Of a stretch of DNA of 64,000 nucleotides, positions 48,845 through 61,855 are shown piece after piece (within the stretch, counting starts at the first letter, position 1; every line of letters starts with the position of its first letter). The stretch is from the NCBI GenBank assembly GCA_964016885.1, contig OZ024764.1, positions 21,638,001 through 21,702,000 on the forward strand. Reading direction: 5' to 3'. The notes under the pieces were generated by a model. It worked only from the letters and a program-made list of their open reading frames with translations, was not told the origin of the DNA and did not search any database. Origin of the DNA: Eledone cirrhosa. Lineage: Eukaryota. The translations under genes were made by a program, and so were the position numbers.

Positions 48845-51800
48845 TTAATCTAATGTCACTAATAACTACTTTTATCTGTCAGTATAATCTTAAGTCACTA
48901 ATAACTACTTTTATCAGTCAGTATAATCTAAAGTCACTAATAACTACTTTTATCAGTCAGTATAATCTAATGTCACTAATAACTACTTTTATCAGTCAGT
49001 ATAATCTAATGTCACTAATAGCTACTTTTATCAGTCAGTTTAATCTAATGTCACTAATAACTACTTTTATCTGTCAGTTTAATCTACTGTCACTAATAAC
49101 TACTTTTATCAGTCAGTTTAATCTAATGTCACTAATATACTACTTTTATCAGTCAGTTTAATCTAATGTAATAACTACTTTTATCAGTCAGTTTAATCTA
49201 ATGTAATAACTACTTTTATCACTCAGTTTAATCTAATGTCACTAATAACTACTTTTATCAGTCAGTTTAATCTAATGTAATAACTACTTTTATCAGTCAG
49301 TTTAATCTAATGTAATAACTACTTTTATCAGTCAGTTTAATCTAATGTCACTAATAACTACTTTTATCAGTCAGTTTAATCTAATGTAATAACTACTTTT
49401 ATCAGTCAGTTTAATCTAATGTCACTAATAACTACTTTTATCAGTCAGTTTAATCTAATGTCACTAATAACTACTTTTATCAGTCAGTATAATCTAATGT
49501 CACTAATAACTACTTTTATCAGTCAGTTTAATCTGTCACTAATAACTACTTTTATCAGTCAGTTTAATCTGTCACTAATAACTACTTTTATCAGTCAGTT
49601 TAATCTAATGTCACTAATAACTACTTTTATCAGTCAGTATAATCTAATGTCACTAATAACTACTTTTATCAGTCAGTTTAATCTGTCACTAATAACTACT
49701 TTTATCAGTCAGTATAATCTAATGTCACTAATAACTACTTTTATCAGTCAGTATAATCTAATGTCACTAATAACTACTTTTATCAGTCAGTTTAATCTGT
49801 CACTAATAACTACTTTTATCAGTCAGTTTAATCTAAAGTCACTAATAACTACTTTTATCAGTCAGTTTAATCTAATGTCACTAATAACTACTTTTATCAG
49901 TCAGTTTAATCTAATGTCACTAATAACTACTTTTATCAGTCAGTTTAATCTAATGTCACTAATAACTACTTTTATCAGTCAGTTTAATCTGTCACTAATA
50001 ACTACTTTTATCAGTCAGTTTAATCTGTCACTAATAACTACTTTTATCAGTCAGTTTAATCTGTCACTAATAACTACTTTTATCAGTCAGTTTAATCTAA
50101 AGTCACTAATAACTACTTTTATCAGTCAGTTTAATCTAATGTCACTAATAACTACTTTTATCAGTCAGTTTAATCTGTCACTAATAACTACTTTTATCAG
50201 TCAGTTTAATCTAATGTCACTAATAACTACTTTTATCAGTCAGTTTAATCTAAAGTCACTAATAACTACTTTTATCAGTCAGTTTAATCTAATGTCACTA
50301 ATAACTACTTTTATCAGTCAGTTTAATCTGTCACTAATAACTACTTTTATCAGTCAGTTTAATCTAATGTCACTAATAACTACTTTTATCAGTCAGTTTA
50401 ATCTGTCACTAATAACTACTTTTATCAGTCAGTTTAATCTAATGTCACTAATAACTACTTTTATCAGTCAGTTTAATCTAAAGTCACTAATAACTACTTT
50501 TATCAGTCAGTTTAATCTAATGTCACTAATAACTACTTTTATCAGTCAGTTTAATCTGTCACTAATAACTACTTTTATCAGTCAGTTTAATCTAATGTCA
50601 CTAATAACTACTTTTATCAGTCAGTTTAATCTAAAGTCACTAATAACTACTTTTATCAGTCAGTTTAATCTAAAGTCACTAATAACTACTTTTATCAGTC
50701 AGTTTAATCTAATGTCACTAATAACTACTTTTATCAGTCAGTTTAATCTAATGTAATAACTACTTTTATCAGTCAGTTTAATCTAATGTCACTAATAACT
50801 ACTTTTATCAGTCAGTTTAATCTAATGTCACTAATAACTACTTTTATCAGTCAGTATAATCTAATGTCACTAATAACTACTTTTATCAGTCAGTTTAATC
50901 TGTCACTAATAACTACTTTTATCAGTCAGTTTAATCTGTCACTAATAACTACTTTTATCAGTCAGTTTAATCTGTCACTAATAACTACTTTTATCAGTCA
51001 GTTTAATCTAAAGTCACTAATAACTACTTTTATCAGTCAGTTTAATCTAATGTCACTAATAACTACTTTTATCAGTCAGTTTAATCTAATGTCACTAATA
51101 ACTACTTTTATCAGTCAGTTTAATCTAATGTCACTAATAACTACTTTTATCAGTCAGTTTAATCTGTCACTAATAACTACTTTTATCAGTCAGTTTAATC
51201 TGTCACTAATAACTACTTTTATCAGTCAGTTTAATCTAAAGTCACTAATAACTACTTTTATCAGTCAGTTTAATCTAATGTCACTAATAACTACTTTTAT
51301 CAGTCAGTTTAATCTAATGTCACTAATAACTACTTTTATCAGTCAGTTTAATCTGTCACTAATAACTACTTTTATCAGTCAGTTTAATCTGTCACTAATA
51401 ACTACTTTTATCAGTCAGTTTAATCTAAAGTCACTAATAACTACTTTTATCAGTCAGTTTAATCTAATGTCACTAATAACTACTTTTATCAGTCAGTTTA
51501 ATCTAATGTCACTAATAACTACTTTTATCAGTCAGTTTAATCTGTCACTAATAACTACTTTTATCAGTCAGTTTAATCTGTCACTAATAACTACTTTTTA
51601 TCAGTCAGTTTAATCTAAAGTCACTAATAACTACTTTTATCAGTCAGTTTAATCTAATGTCACTAATAACTACTTTTATCAGTCAGTTTAATCTGTCACT
51701 AATAACTACTTTTATCAGTCAGTTTAATCTAATGTCACTAATAACTACTTTTATCAGTCAGTTTAATCTAATGTCACTAATAACTACTTTTATCAGTCAG

Positions 51801-54800
51801 TATAATCTAATGTCACTAATAACTACTTTTATCAGTCAGTATAATCTAATGTCACTAATAACTACTTTTATCAGTCAGTTTAATCTAATGTCACTAATAA
51901 CTACTTTTATCAGTCAGTTTAATCTAATGTCACTAATAACTACTTTTATCAGTCAGTTTAATCTAATGTCACTAATAACTACTTTTATCAGTCAGTTTAA
52001 TCTAATGTAATAACTACTTTTATCAGTCAGTTTAATCTAATGTCACTAATAACTACTTTTATCAGTCAGTTTAATCTAATGTCACTAATAACTACTTTTA
52101 TCAGTCAGTTTAATCTGTCACTAATAACTACTTTTATCAGTCAGTTTAATCTGTCACTAATAACTACTTTTATCTGTCAGTATAATCTTAAGTCACTAAT
52201 AACTACTTTTATCAGTCAGTATAATCTAAAGTCACTAATAACTACTTTTATCAGTCAGTATAATCTAATGTCACTAATAACTACTTTTATCAGTCAGTAT
52301 AATCTAATGTCACTAATAACTACTTTTATCAGTCAGTATAATCTAATGTCACTAATAACTACTTTTATCTGTCAGTTTAATCTACTGTCACTAATAACTA
52401 CTTTTATCAGTCAGTTTAATCTAATGTCACTAATATACTACTTTTATCAGTCAGTTTAATCTAATGTAATAACTACTTTTATCAGTCAGTTTAATCTAAT
52501 GTCACTAATAACTACTTTTATCAGTCAGTTTAATCTAATGTCACTAATAACTACTTTTATCAGTCAGTTTAATCTAATGTCACTAATAACTACTTTTATC
52601 AGTCAGTATAATCTACTGTCACTAATAACTACTTTTATCAGTCAGTTTAATCTGTCACTAATAACTACTTTTATCAGTCAGTTTAATCTGTCACTAATAA
52701 CTACTTTTATCAGTCAGTTTAATCTAATGTCACTAATAACTACTTTTATCAGTCAGTATAATCTAATGTCACTAATAACTACTTTTATCAGTCAGTTTAA
52801 TCTAAAGTCACTAATAACTACTTTTATCAGTCAGTTTAATCTAATGTCACTAATAACTACTTTTATCAGTCAGTTTAATCTAATGTCACTAATAACTACT
52901 TTTATCAGTCAGTTTAATCTAATGTCACTAATAACTACTTTTATCAGTCAGTTTAATCTAATGTCACTAATAACTACTTTTATCAGTCAGTTTAATCTAA
53001 TGTCACTAATAACTACTTTTATCAGTCAGTTTAATCTGTCACTAATAACTACTTTTATCAGTCAGTTTAATCTGTCACTAATAACTACTTTTATCAGTCA
53101 GTTTAATCTGTCACTAATAACTACTTTTATCAGTCAGTTTAATCTAAAGTCACTAATAACTACTTTTATCAGTCAGTTTAATCTAATGTCACTAATAACT
53201 ACTTTTATCAGTCAGTTTAATCTGTCACTAATAACTACTTTTATCAGTCAGTTTAATCTAATGTCACTAATAACTACTTTTATCAGTCAGTTTAATCTAA
53301 TGTCACTAATAACTACTTTTATCAGTCAGTTTAATCTAATGTCACTAATAACTACTTTTATCAGTCAGTATAATCTAATGTCACTAATAACTACTTTTAT
53401 CAGTCAGTATAATCTAATGTCACTAATAACTACTTTTATCAGTCAGTTTAATCTAATGTCACTAATAACTACTTTTATCAGTCAGTTTAATCTAATGTCA
53501 CTAATAACTACTTTTATCAGTCAGTTTAATCTGTCACTAATAACTACTTTTATCAGTCAGTTTAATCTGTCACTAATAACTACTTTTATCAGTCAGTTTA
53601 ATCTAATGTCACTAATAACTACTTTTATCAGTCAGTTTAATCTGTCACTAATAACTACTTTTATCAGTCAGTTTAATCTGTCACTAATAACTACTTTTAT
53701 CAGTCAGTTTAATCTGTCACTAATAACTACTTTTATCAGTCAGTTTAATCTAAAGTCACTAATAACTACTTTTATCAGTCAGTTTAATCTAATGTCACTA
53801 ATAACTACTTTTATCAGTCAGTTTAATCTGTCACTAATAACTACTTTTATCAGTCAGTTTAATCTAATGTCACTAATAACTACTTTTATCAGTCAGTTTA
53901 ATCTAATGTCACTAATAACTACTTTTATCAGTCAGTTTAATCTAATGTCACTAATAACTACTTTTATCAGTCAGTATAATCTAATGTCACTAATAACTAC
54001 TTTTATCAGTCAGTATAATCTAATGTCACTAATAACTACTTTTATCAGTCAGTTTAATCTAATGTCACTAATAACTACTTTTATCAGTCAGTTTAATCTA
54101 ATGTCACTAATAACTACTTTTATCAGTCAGTTTAATCTAATGTCACTAATAACTACTTTTATCAGTCAGTTTAATCTAATGTAATAACTACTTTTATCAG
54201 TCAGTTTAATCTAATGTCACTAATAACTACTTTTATCAGTCAGTTTAATCTAATGTCACTAATAACTACTTTTATCAGTCAGTTTAATCTGTCACTAATA
54301 ACTACTTTTATCAGTCAGTTTAATCTGTCACTAATAACTACTTTTATCAGTCAGTTTAATCTAATGTCACTAATAACTACTTTTATCAGTCAGTTTAATC
54401 TAATGTCACTAATAACTACTTTTATCAGTCAGTTTAATCTAATGTAATAACTACTTTTATCAGTCAGTTTAATCTAATGTCACTAATAACTACTTTTATC
54501 AGTCAGTTTAATCTAATGCCACTAATAACTACTTTTATCAGTCAGTTTAATCTAATGTCACTAATAACTACTTTTATCAGTCAGTTTAATCTAATGTCAC
54601 TAATAACTACTTTTATCAGTCAGTATAATCTAATGTCACTAATAACTACTTTTATCAGTCAGTTTAATCTAATGTCACTAATAACTACTTTTATCTGTCA
54701 GTATAATCTAATATCACTAATAACTACTTTTATCAGTCAGTTTAATCTAATGTCACTAATAACTACTTTTATCAGTCAGTTTAATCTAATGTAATAACTA

Positions 54801-56562
54801 CTTTTATCAGTCAGTTTAATCTAATGTCACTAATAACTACTTTTATCAGTCAGTTTAATCTAATGCCACTAATAACTACTTTTATCAGTCAGTTTAATCT
54901 AATGTCACTAATAACTACTTTTATCAGTCAGTTTAATCTAATGTCACTAATAACTACTTTTATCAGTCAGTATAATCTAATGTCACTAATAACTACTTTT
55001 ATCAGTCAGTTTAATCTAATGTCACTAATAACTACTTTTATCTGTCAGTATAATCTAATATCACTAATAACTACTTTTATCAGTCAGTTTAATCTAATGT
55101 CACTAATAACTACTTTTATCTGTCAGTATAATCTAATGTCACTAATAACTACTTTTATCTATCAGTATAATCTAATGTCACTAATAACTACTTTTATCAG
55201 TCAGTTTAATCTAATGTTATAACTACTTTTATCAGTCAGTATAATCTAATGTCACTAATAACTACTTTTATCTGTCAGTTTAATCTAATGTCACTAATAA
55301 CTACTTTTATCAGTCAGTTTAATCTAATGTCACTAATAACTACTTTTATCAGTCAGTTTAATCTAATGTCACTAATAACTACTTTTATCAGTCAGTTTAA
55401 TCTAATGTCACTAATAACTACTTTTATCAGTCAGTTTAATCTAATGTAATAACTACTTTTATCAGTCAGTTTAATCTAATGTCACTAATAACTACTTTTA
55501 TCACTCAGTTTAATCTAATGTCACTAATAACTACTTTTATCAGTCAGTTTAATCTAATGTCACTAATAACTACTTTTATCAGTCAGTTTAATCTAATGTA
55601 ATAACTACTTTTATCAGTCAGTTTAATCTAATGTAATAACTACTTTTATCAGTCAGTTTAATCTAATGTCACTAATAACTACTTTTATCAGTCAGTTTAA
55701 TCTAATGCCACTAATAACTACTTTTATCAGTCAGTTTAATCTAATGTAATAACTACTTTTATCAGTCAGTTTAATCTAATGTCACTAATAACTACTTTTA
55801 TCAGTCAGTTTAATCTAATGTCACTAATAACTACTTTTATCAGTCAGTTTAATCTAATGTAATAACTACTTTTATCAGTCAGTTTAATCTAATGTCACTA
55901 ATAACTACTTTTATCAGTCAGTTTAATCTAATGCCACTAATAACTACTTTTATCAGTCAGTTTAATCTAATGTAATAACTACTTTTATCAGTCAGTTTAA
56001 TCTAATGTCACTAATAACTACTTTTATCAGTCAGTTTAATCTAATGTCACTAATAACTACTTTTATCAGTCAGTTTAATCTAATGTCACTAATAACTACT
56101 TTTATCAGTCAGTTTAATCTAATGCCACTAATAACTACTTTTATCAGTCAGTTTAATCTAATGTAATAACTACTTTTATTAGTCAGTTTAATCTAATGTC
56201 ACTAATAACTACTTTTATCAGTCAGTTTAATCTAATGTCACTAATAACTACTTTTATCAGTCAGTTTAATCTAATGTCACTAATAACTACTTTTATCAGT
56301 CAGTTCAATGTAATGTCACTAATAACTACTTTTATCAGTCAGTTTAATCTAATGACACTAATAACTACTTTTATCAGTCAGTATAATCTAATGCCACTAA
56401 TAACTACTTTTAGCAGTCAGTTTAATCTAATGTCACTAATAACTACTTTTATCAGTCAGTATAATCTAATGTCACTAATAACTACTTTTATCAGTCAGTT
56501 TATTCTAATGTCACTAATAACTACTTTTATCAGTCAGTATAATCTACTGCCACTAATAACTA
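48845..56562. repeat. 39-bp satellite, ~7.7 kb, about 200 copies
   Basis: Unit tttaatctaatgtcactaataactacttttatcagtcag, with 36-bp (minus aat) and 35-bp (minus cact) variants. Confidence 0.98.
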
Positions 56563-57351
56563 ACCTATGTTAGGCAGCACATTCTTCACCAAAGAAGGCC
56601 TTAGTATTTATTACAGTCCATTTATCAATATAGAAATATCATATGAAATTTGTACTGATGTATTACAAGTTTCTGAGTATCTTATAATGTTCTTTTATTA
56701 TTTCAGAATACCAGAGGACATTGGCATTAAAGAGCACGTTACATCAGACATATCCTCAATATTTACCATTTCTAAAATATTACCCATCATTTTCAAATAA
56801 TTTTGAAAACACTCAACACTTTGAAGGGATTTAGTAATATAACTAAAGTTCTCAGTATTAAGCTGCTATTTGGAACATAACTTTGCACAATTTCATGAAG
56901 TTACAATGTAAACTCAATAACACTTCTATTCTTTGCTGTCTGGAATATGTAGAAGATACAAAATAAAGCTTAAGAAATTTACACATGATTTTATGAGATC
57001 TTCATATATTGACAAAGTTGATAGTTGATGGAACTACAGGAGTAGAAATATTTCCATTATTACAGGAATAACTAATTAAATAAAAACCAGAAAAATTAGA
57101 TTCTTCACTGTCTGGAATATGTACAAGATGATTTTATATGTATATTAAACTTGAAGAGATCTACAAAACAGTTTGTATCATCTTTAAATGTAAAGAAAGA
57201 CCAAAGTTGATAGAAATATATCTGGAGGAATATGTTTTAGGAATAATATTATAAACATAAAGAAGAAAAATATCCATATATTAAGAGGAGAAAAATATTA
57301 AAACTGAATTATGTGAGAAACTTAGAAGATTGATATTTTTTAGTGGGAGTT

Positions 57352-58614
57352 ATGTCGAAAAATATAGTAAAATCACCATTCCACTGTGATATCTGTGGTA
57401 AATTATTCTCTAAAAATACTAAATTAACTAGACATAAACTAAGTCATACAGTAGAGAAGCCATATCACTGTGATATCTGTGGTAAATTATTCTCTAAAAA
57501 TATTAAATTAACTAGACATAAACTAAGTCATACAGAAGAGAAGCCATATCACTGTCATATCTGTGGTAAATCATTCTCTAAAAATACTAAATTAATTAGA
57601 CATAAACTAATTCATGCAGAAGAGAAGCCATATCACTGTGATATCTGTGGTAAATCATTCTCTAAAAATACTGAATTAACTAGACATAAACTAAGTCATA
57701 CAGAAGAGAAGCCATATCACTGTGATATCTGTGGTAAATTATTCTCTAAAAATAGTAAGTTAACTAGACATAAACTAAGTCATACAGAAGAGAAACCATA
57801 TGACTGTGATATCTGTGGTAAATCATTCTCTAAAAATACTAAATTAACTAGACATAAACTAATTCATGCAGAAGAGAAGCCATATCACTGTGATATCTGT
57901 GGTAAATCATTCTCTAAAAATACTAAATTAATTAGACATAAACTAAGTCATACTGAAGAGAAACCATATGACTGTGATATCTGTGGTAAATCATTCTCTA
58001 AAAATACTAAATTAACTAGACATAAACTAATTCATGCAGAAGAGAAGCCATATCACTGTGATATCTGTGGTAAATCATTCTCTAAAAGTAATAAATTGAC
58101 TAGACACAATTGTAGTCACACAGGAGAGAAGCCATGTAACTATATCTTTGGTAAACCATTTTCTGAAAGTAATAACTTAGCTAGAGACAAACTAAGTCAC
58201 ACAGAGGAGAAACCATATCACAATGATATTTGTGGTAAATATTTCTCTTATGTGAGTACCTTAACAAATTACAAACATATTCCTGCAGGAGAAACACCAT
58301 ATTATTGTGATGTCTGTGGTAAATCATTCTCTAAAAATACAAAGTTAACAAGACACAAAGAAAGACATTCAGGAGAGAAGCTATATCACTGTGATATCTG
58401 TGATAAATCATTCTTTCATAGTACTACCTTAACTAAACACCAACATATTCATACAGGGAAGAAACCATATGACTGTGATATCTGTGGTAAATCATTTTCT
58501 CAAAGTTATACCTTAACTGTTCATAAGCGTATTCATACAGGCGAGAAGCCATATCACTGTGATATCTGTGGTAAATCATTCCCCCTTAGTACTAACCTCA
58601 CTACACCACTGTAA
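57352..58614 (+). CDS. C2H2 zinc-finger protein, subtype B, 420 aa, 15 finger units, 3'-truncated
   Basis: ATG 57352. Fingers 1-8 near-identical ([14 protein letters not shown]); 10-11 degenerate; 15 cut by a junction at ~58605. Acceptor at 56706. Confidence 0.88.
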   Translation: MSKNIVKSPFHCDICGKLFSKNTKLTRHKLSHTVEKPYHCDICGKLFSKNIKLTRHKLSHTEEKPYHCHICGKSFSKNTKLIRHKLIHAEEKPYHCDICGKSFSKNTELTRHKLSHTEEKPYHCDICGKLFSKNSKLTRHKLSHTEEKPYDCDICGKSFSKNTKLTRHKLIHAEEKPYHCDICGKSFSKNTKLIRHKLSHTEEKPYDCDICGKSFSKNTKLTRHKLIHAEEKPYHCDICGKSFSKSNKLTRHNCSHTGEKPCNYIFGKPFSESNNLARDKLSHTEEKPYHNDICGKYFSYVSTLTNYKHIPAGETPYYCDVCGKSFSKNTKLTRHKERHSGEKLYHCDICDKSFFHSTTLTKHQHIHTGKKPYDCDICGKSFSQSYTLTVHKRIHTGEKPYHCDICGKSFPLSTNLTTPL

Positions 58615-58779
58615 TATTTGTGGTAAAGTATTCTCTCTTCTTTATATGTAGAACATCTAACTAAACACTTTAACTAACAAACTATTGTGCTATAGAATTG
58701 ACAAAGTTGAAGAATGTTTAATAAATGTTACAGATTTCTCCAAACTGTCATTTACTAACTTTAATTTGAAGCTATATTA

Positions 58780-59000
58780 TCTATATACTACTAAAACTCT
58801 GTGATTGTGTCTTGTCTGTAATTTAATACAGCTAAAACAGTGCATAATGGGGAAATACTTTGAAAAGAATAAAACAAGTTTTGTATAAATTGGGGCACAG
58901 GTTCCCAAGATACGGGGTTTTCTAGGTACCTTCATAAATATAGGGAAAGAAAGAGATAGTGGTTGTGAGAGAGTGGGAGCTGATGGTGTTGTTTAATAAA

Positions 59001-59033
<33 letters not shown>

Positions 59034-59152
59034 CGTATGTGTATATATATATATACGTATGTGTATATTTTAACTATTTAAAAATCATTTTTAAATGACT
59101 TTTAAAAAATAGTTTTATTGGAACGTGACCCAACAGGTCGCGGGTGGTCTAG
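58780..59152 (+). mobile_element. Non-autonomous Helitron family 2
   Basis: A|TC start, CGTGACC-CAACA-GGTCGCG hairpin, CTAG|T end. Confidence 0.85.
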
Positions 59153-59554
59153 TTTGTTACTAAATACTAGATATTAGAGGGTCATGTTGTTCTAGATGTG
59201 CTGGAAGAGCCATTCCATCTCGTGAGGCTCACACCAGCAGCTAGCCACCTCAGCACCTATGGTGGTATATTTATTATATTATTTATTCTTTATCATTAAC
59301 ATTAATATAAAAGATAATTATATATTTTTAGAAAAGAACCTCTAATTTCATATAGCTTAGGGCTTCAGTAGGTAAAAGTCTGGCCCTGCTTGTCTTGTAT
59401 TTTTTAGGGGAGAAGTTAGGGAATACTGTTATTGTGTGAAAGTTTTCTAAATCTTCAGCCACTAACATGGAGAAGATATTTCAGTAAGAAGGTTCACATC
59501 CGGACATCTATAGCTGTTAACAATGAGATTGGAATTCATTATTAAACAAATGTT

Positions 59555-60565
59555 ATATCATCATCACTGTTTTACATCAGTTTTTTCACGCTGGCATGGG
59601 TTAGACGAGTTATCCTGTTGTAAGCATTGCCAGGTCAGGTGATCACGTGTTGCTTCTACAGAACAAATTTTGGATTGGTTTCTACAGCTGGATGCCCTTC
59701 CTAGCACCAACCTTATTTACATTGAGTACTGGGTGCATTTTACCATCTCACCATCACGACCACTTTACAGTGTGGGCTGGGTGCTTTTTGTTGTGACACC
59801 TATATGACCGCTTTACAGTGTGGGCTGGGTGCTTTTTGTTGTGACACCTATATGACCACTTTACAGTGTGGGCTGGGTGCTTTTTGTTGTGACACCTATA
59901 TGACCACTTTACAGTGTGGGCTGGGTGCTTTTTGTTGTGACAGCTACATGACCACTTTACAGTGTGCATTGGTTACTTTTTGTTGTGACACCAACATGAC
60001 CACTTTATAGTGTGGACTGGGTACTTTTTGTTGTGACACCAACATGACCATTTTAAAGTTTTGGCTGGGTACTTTTTGTTGTCACCTACATGATCACATT
60101 ACAGTGTGGGCTGGGTGCTTTTTGCCGTGACACCTATGCAACCGCTTTACAGCGTGGGCTAGTTTCTTTTTGTCATGTCACCTACATGACCAGTTTATAG
60201 TATTGGCTGTGTGTTCTTTACAGTGTGGGCTGGTTTCTTTTTGTTATATCACCTACATGACCACCTTATAGTGTTGGCGGTGTGTTCTTTGCAGTGTGGG
60301 CTGGTTTCTTTTTTTCATGTCACCTACATGACCAGTTTATAGTATTGGCTGTGTGTTCTTTACAGTGTGGGCTGGTTTCTTTTTGTCATATCACCTACAT
60401 GACCACCTTATAATTTTGACTGTGTGTTCTTTGCAGTGTGGGCTGGTTTCTTTTTGTCATATCACCTACATGACCACCTTATAATGTTGACTGTGTGTTC
60501 TTTACAGTGTGGGTTGGGTGCTTTTTGTCATATCTCCTACCCAACCACTTTGCAGTGTGGGCAGT
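59555..60565 (-). repeat. RTE tail with 48-bp minisatellite
   Basis: Paralog of 37010-37925 with extra units. Confidence 0.85.
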
Positions 60566-60669
60566 GAAATATCAGTAATGCACCAGCTCCAATATTCAGT
60601 AATCAGAAGAAGGGAGGTAGGCATAAAAGCCAAACTTGCTGTCTTCAATTAGGTTTTTGTGCCAACCCT

Positions 60670-61810
60670 TTGGATATTTACAAAGGAGTTTTCAAAATAT
60701 TTGGATATTGACAAAGATCACATTTGGTAAAATTATGAACAATAGAAATATTTACATCAACATAGGAATATTTTCCAGAAGAGATGGGAAAATCATTATA
60801 CCACTGTAATATTTGTGGTAAAGTATTCTCTCTTTATATGTAGAACATCTAACTAAACACTTTAACTAACAAACTATTGTGCTATAGAATTGACAAACTT
60901 GAACAATGTTTAATAAATGTTACAGATTTCTCCAAACTGTCGTTTACTAACTTTAATTTGAAGCTATATTATCTATATACTACTAAAACTCTGTGATTGT
61001 GTCTTGTCCGTAATTTAATACAGCTAAAACAGTGCATAATGGGGAAATACTTTGAAAAGAATAAAACAAGTTTTGTATAAATTGGAGCACAGGTTCCCAA
61101 GATACGGGGTTTTCTGGGTACCTTCATAAATATAGGGAGAGAGCGAGACAGTGGTGGTGAGAGAGTGGGAGCTGGTGGTGTTGTTTAATAAATTGTGTGT
61201 GTGTGTGTATATATATATATATACGTTTATTGTGTGAAAGTTTTCTAAATCTTCTTGAGCCACTAATATGGAGAAGATATTTCAGTAAGAAGGTTCACAT
61301 CCTGACATCTATAGCTGTTAACAATGAGATTGGAATTCATTATTAAACAAATGTTATATCATCATCACTGTTTTACATCAGTTTTTCCACGCTGGCATGG
61401 GTTAGATGAGTTATCCTGTTGTAAGCAATGCCAGGTCAGGTGACCACGTCTGGCTCCTACAGAACCAATTTTGATTTTGTTTCTACAGCTGGATGCCCTT
61501 CCTAGCACCAACCTTATTTACATTGAGTACTGGGTGATTTTTACTATCTAACCAACTCGACCACTTCACAGTGTGGGCTGGGTACTTTTTTACTTTTTGT
61601 CATGGCACCTACATGACCACTTTACAGTGAGTACTGGGTACTTTTTATCGTGACACCTACAGTACCACTTTACAGGGTGGACTGGGTACTTTTTGCCATG
61701 ACACCAATGTGACCACTTTACAGTGTGGATTGGGTACTTTTTGTCATGACACCTACACAACCTCTTTACAGTGTTGGCAGTGAAATCTAATGCACCGGCT
61801 TCAGTAATCA
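60670..61810 (+). repeat. Paralog of local duplicate 38030-39360
   Basis: Same junction; fewer 48-bp units. Confidence 0.85.
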
Positions 61811-61855
61811 GAATATACATATACACACACACAAACACAAATATATATATATATT

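Noticed and set aside
48845-56562. CRISPR-like array
   Set aside because: Head-to-tail repeats with no unique spacers, no cas genes, eukaryotic context.
48853-56573. Long ORFs of repeated MSLITTFISQFNL (up to 561 aa)
   Set aside because: Artefact of 39/36-bp units lacking a stop in one frame; 35-bp variants break the frame freely.
57352-58110. ZNF B binding its own 39-bp satellite
   Set aside because: K/K/R contact residues suggest G-rich triplets, while the satellite is AT-rich with no such run; no support from sequence.
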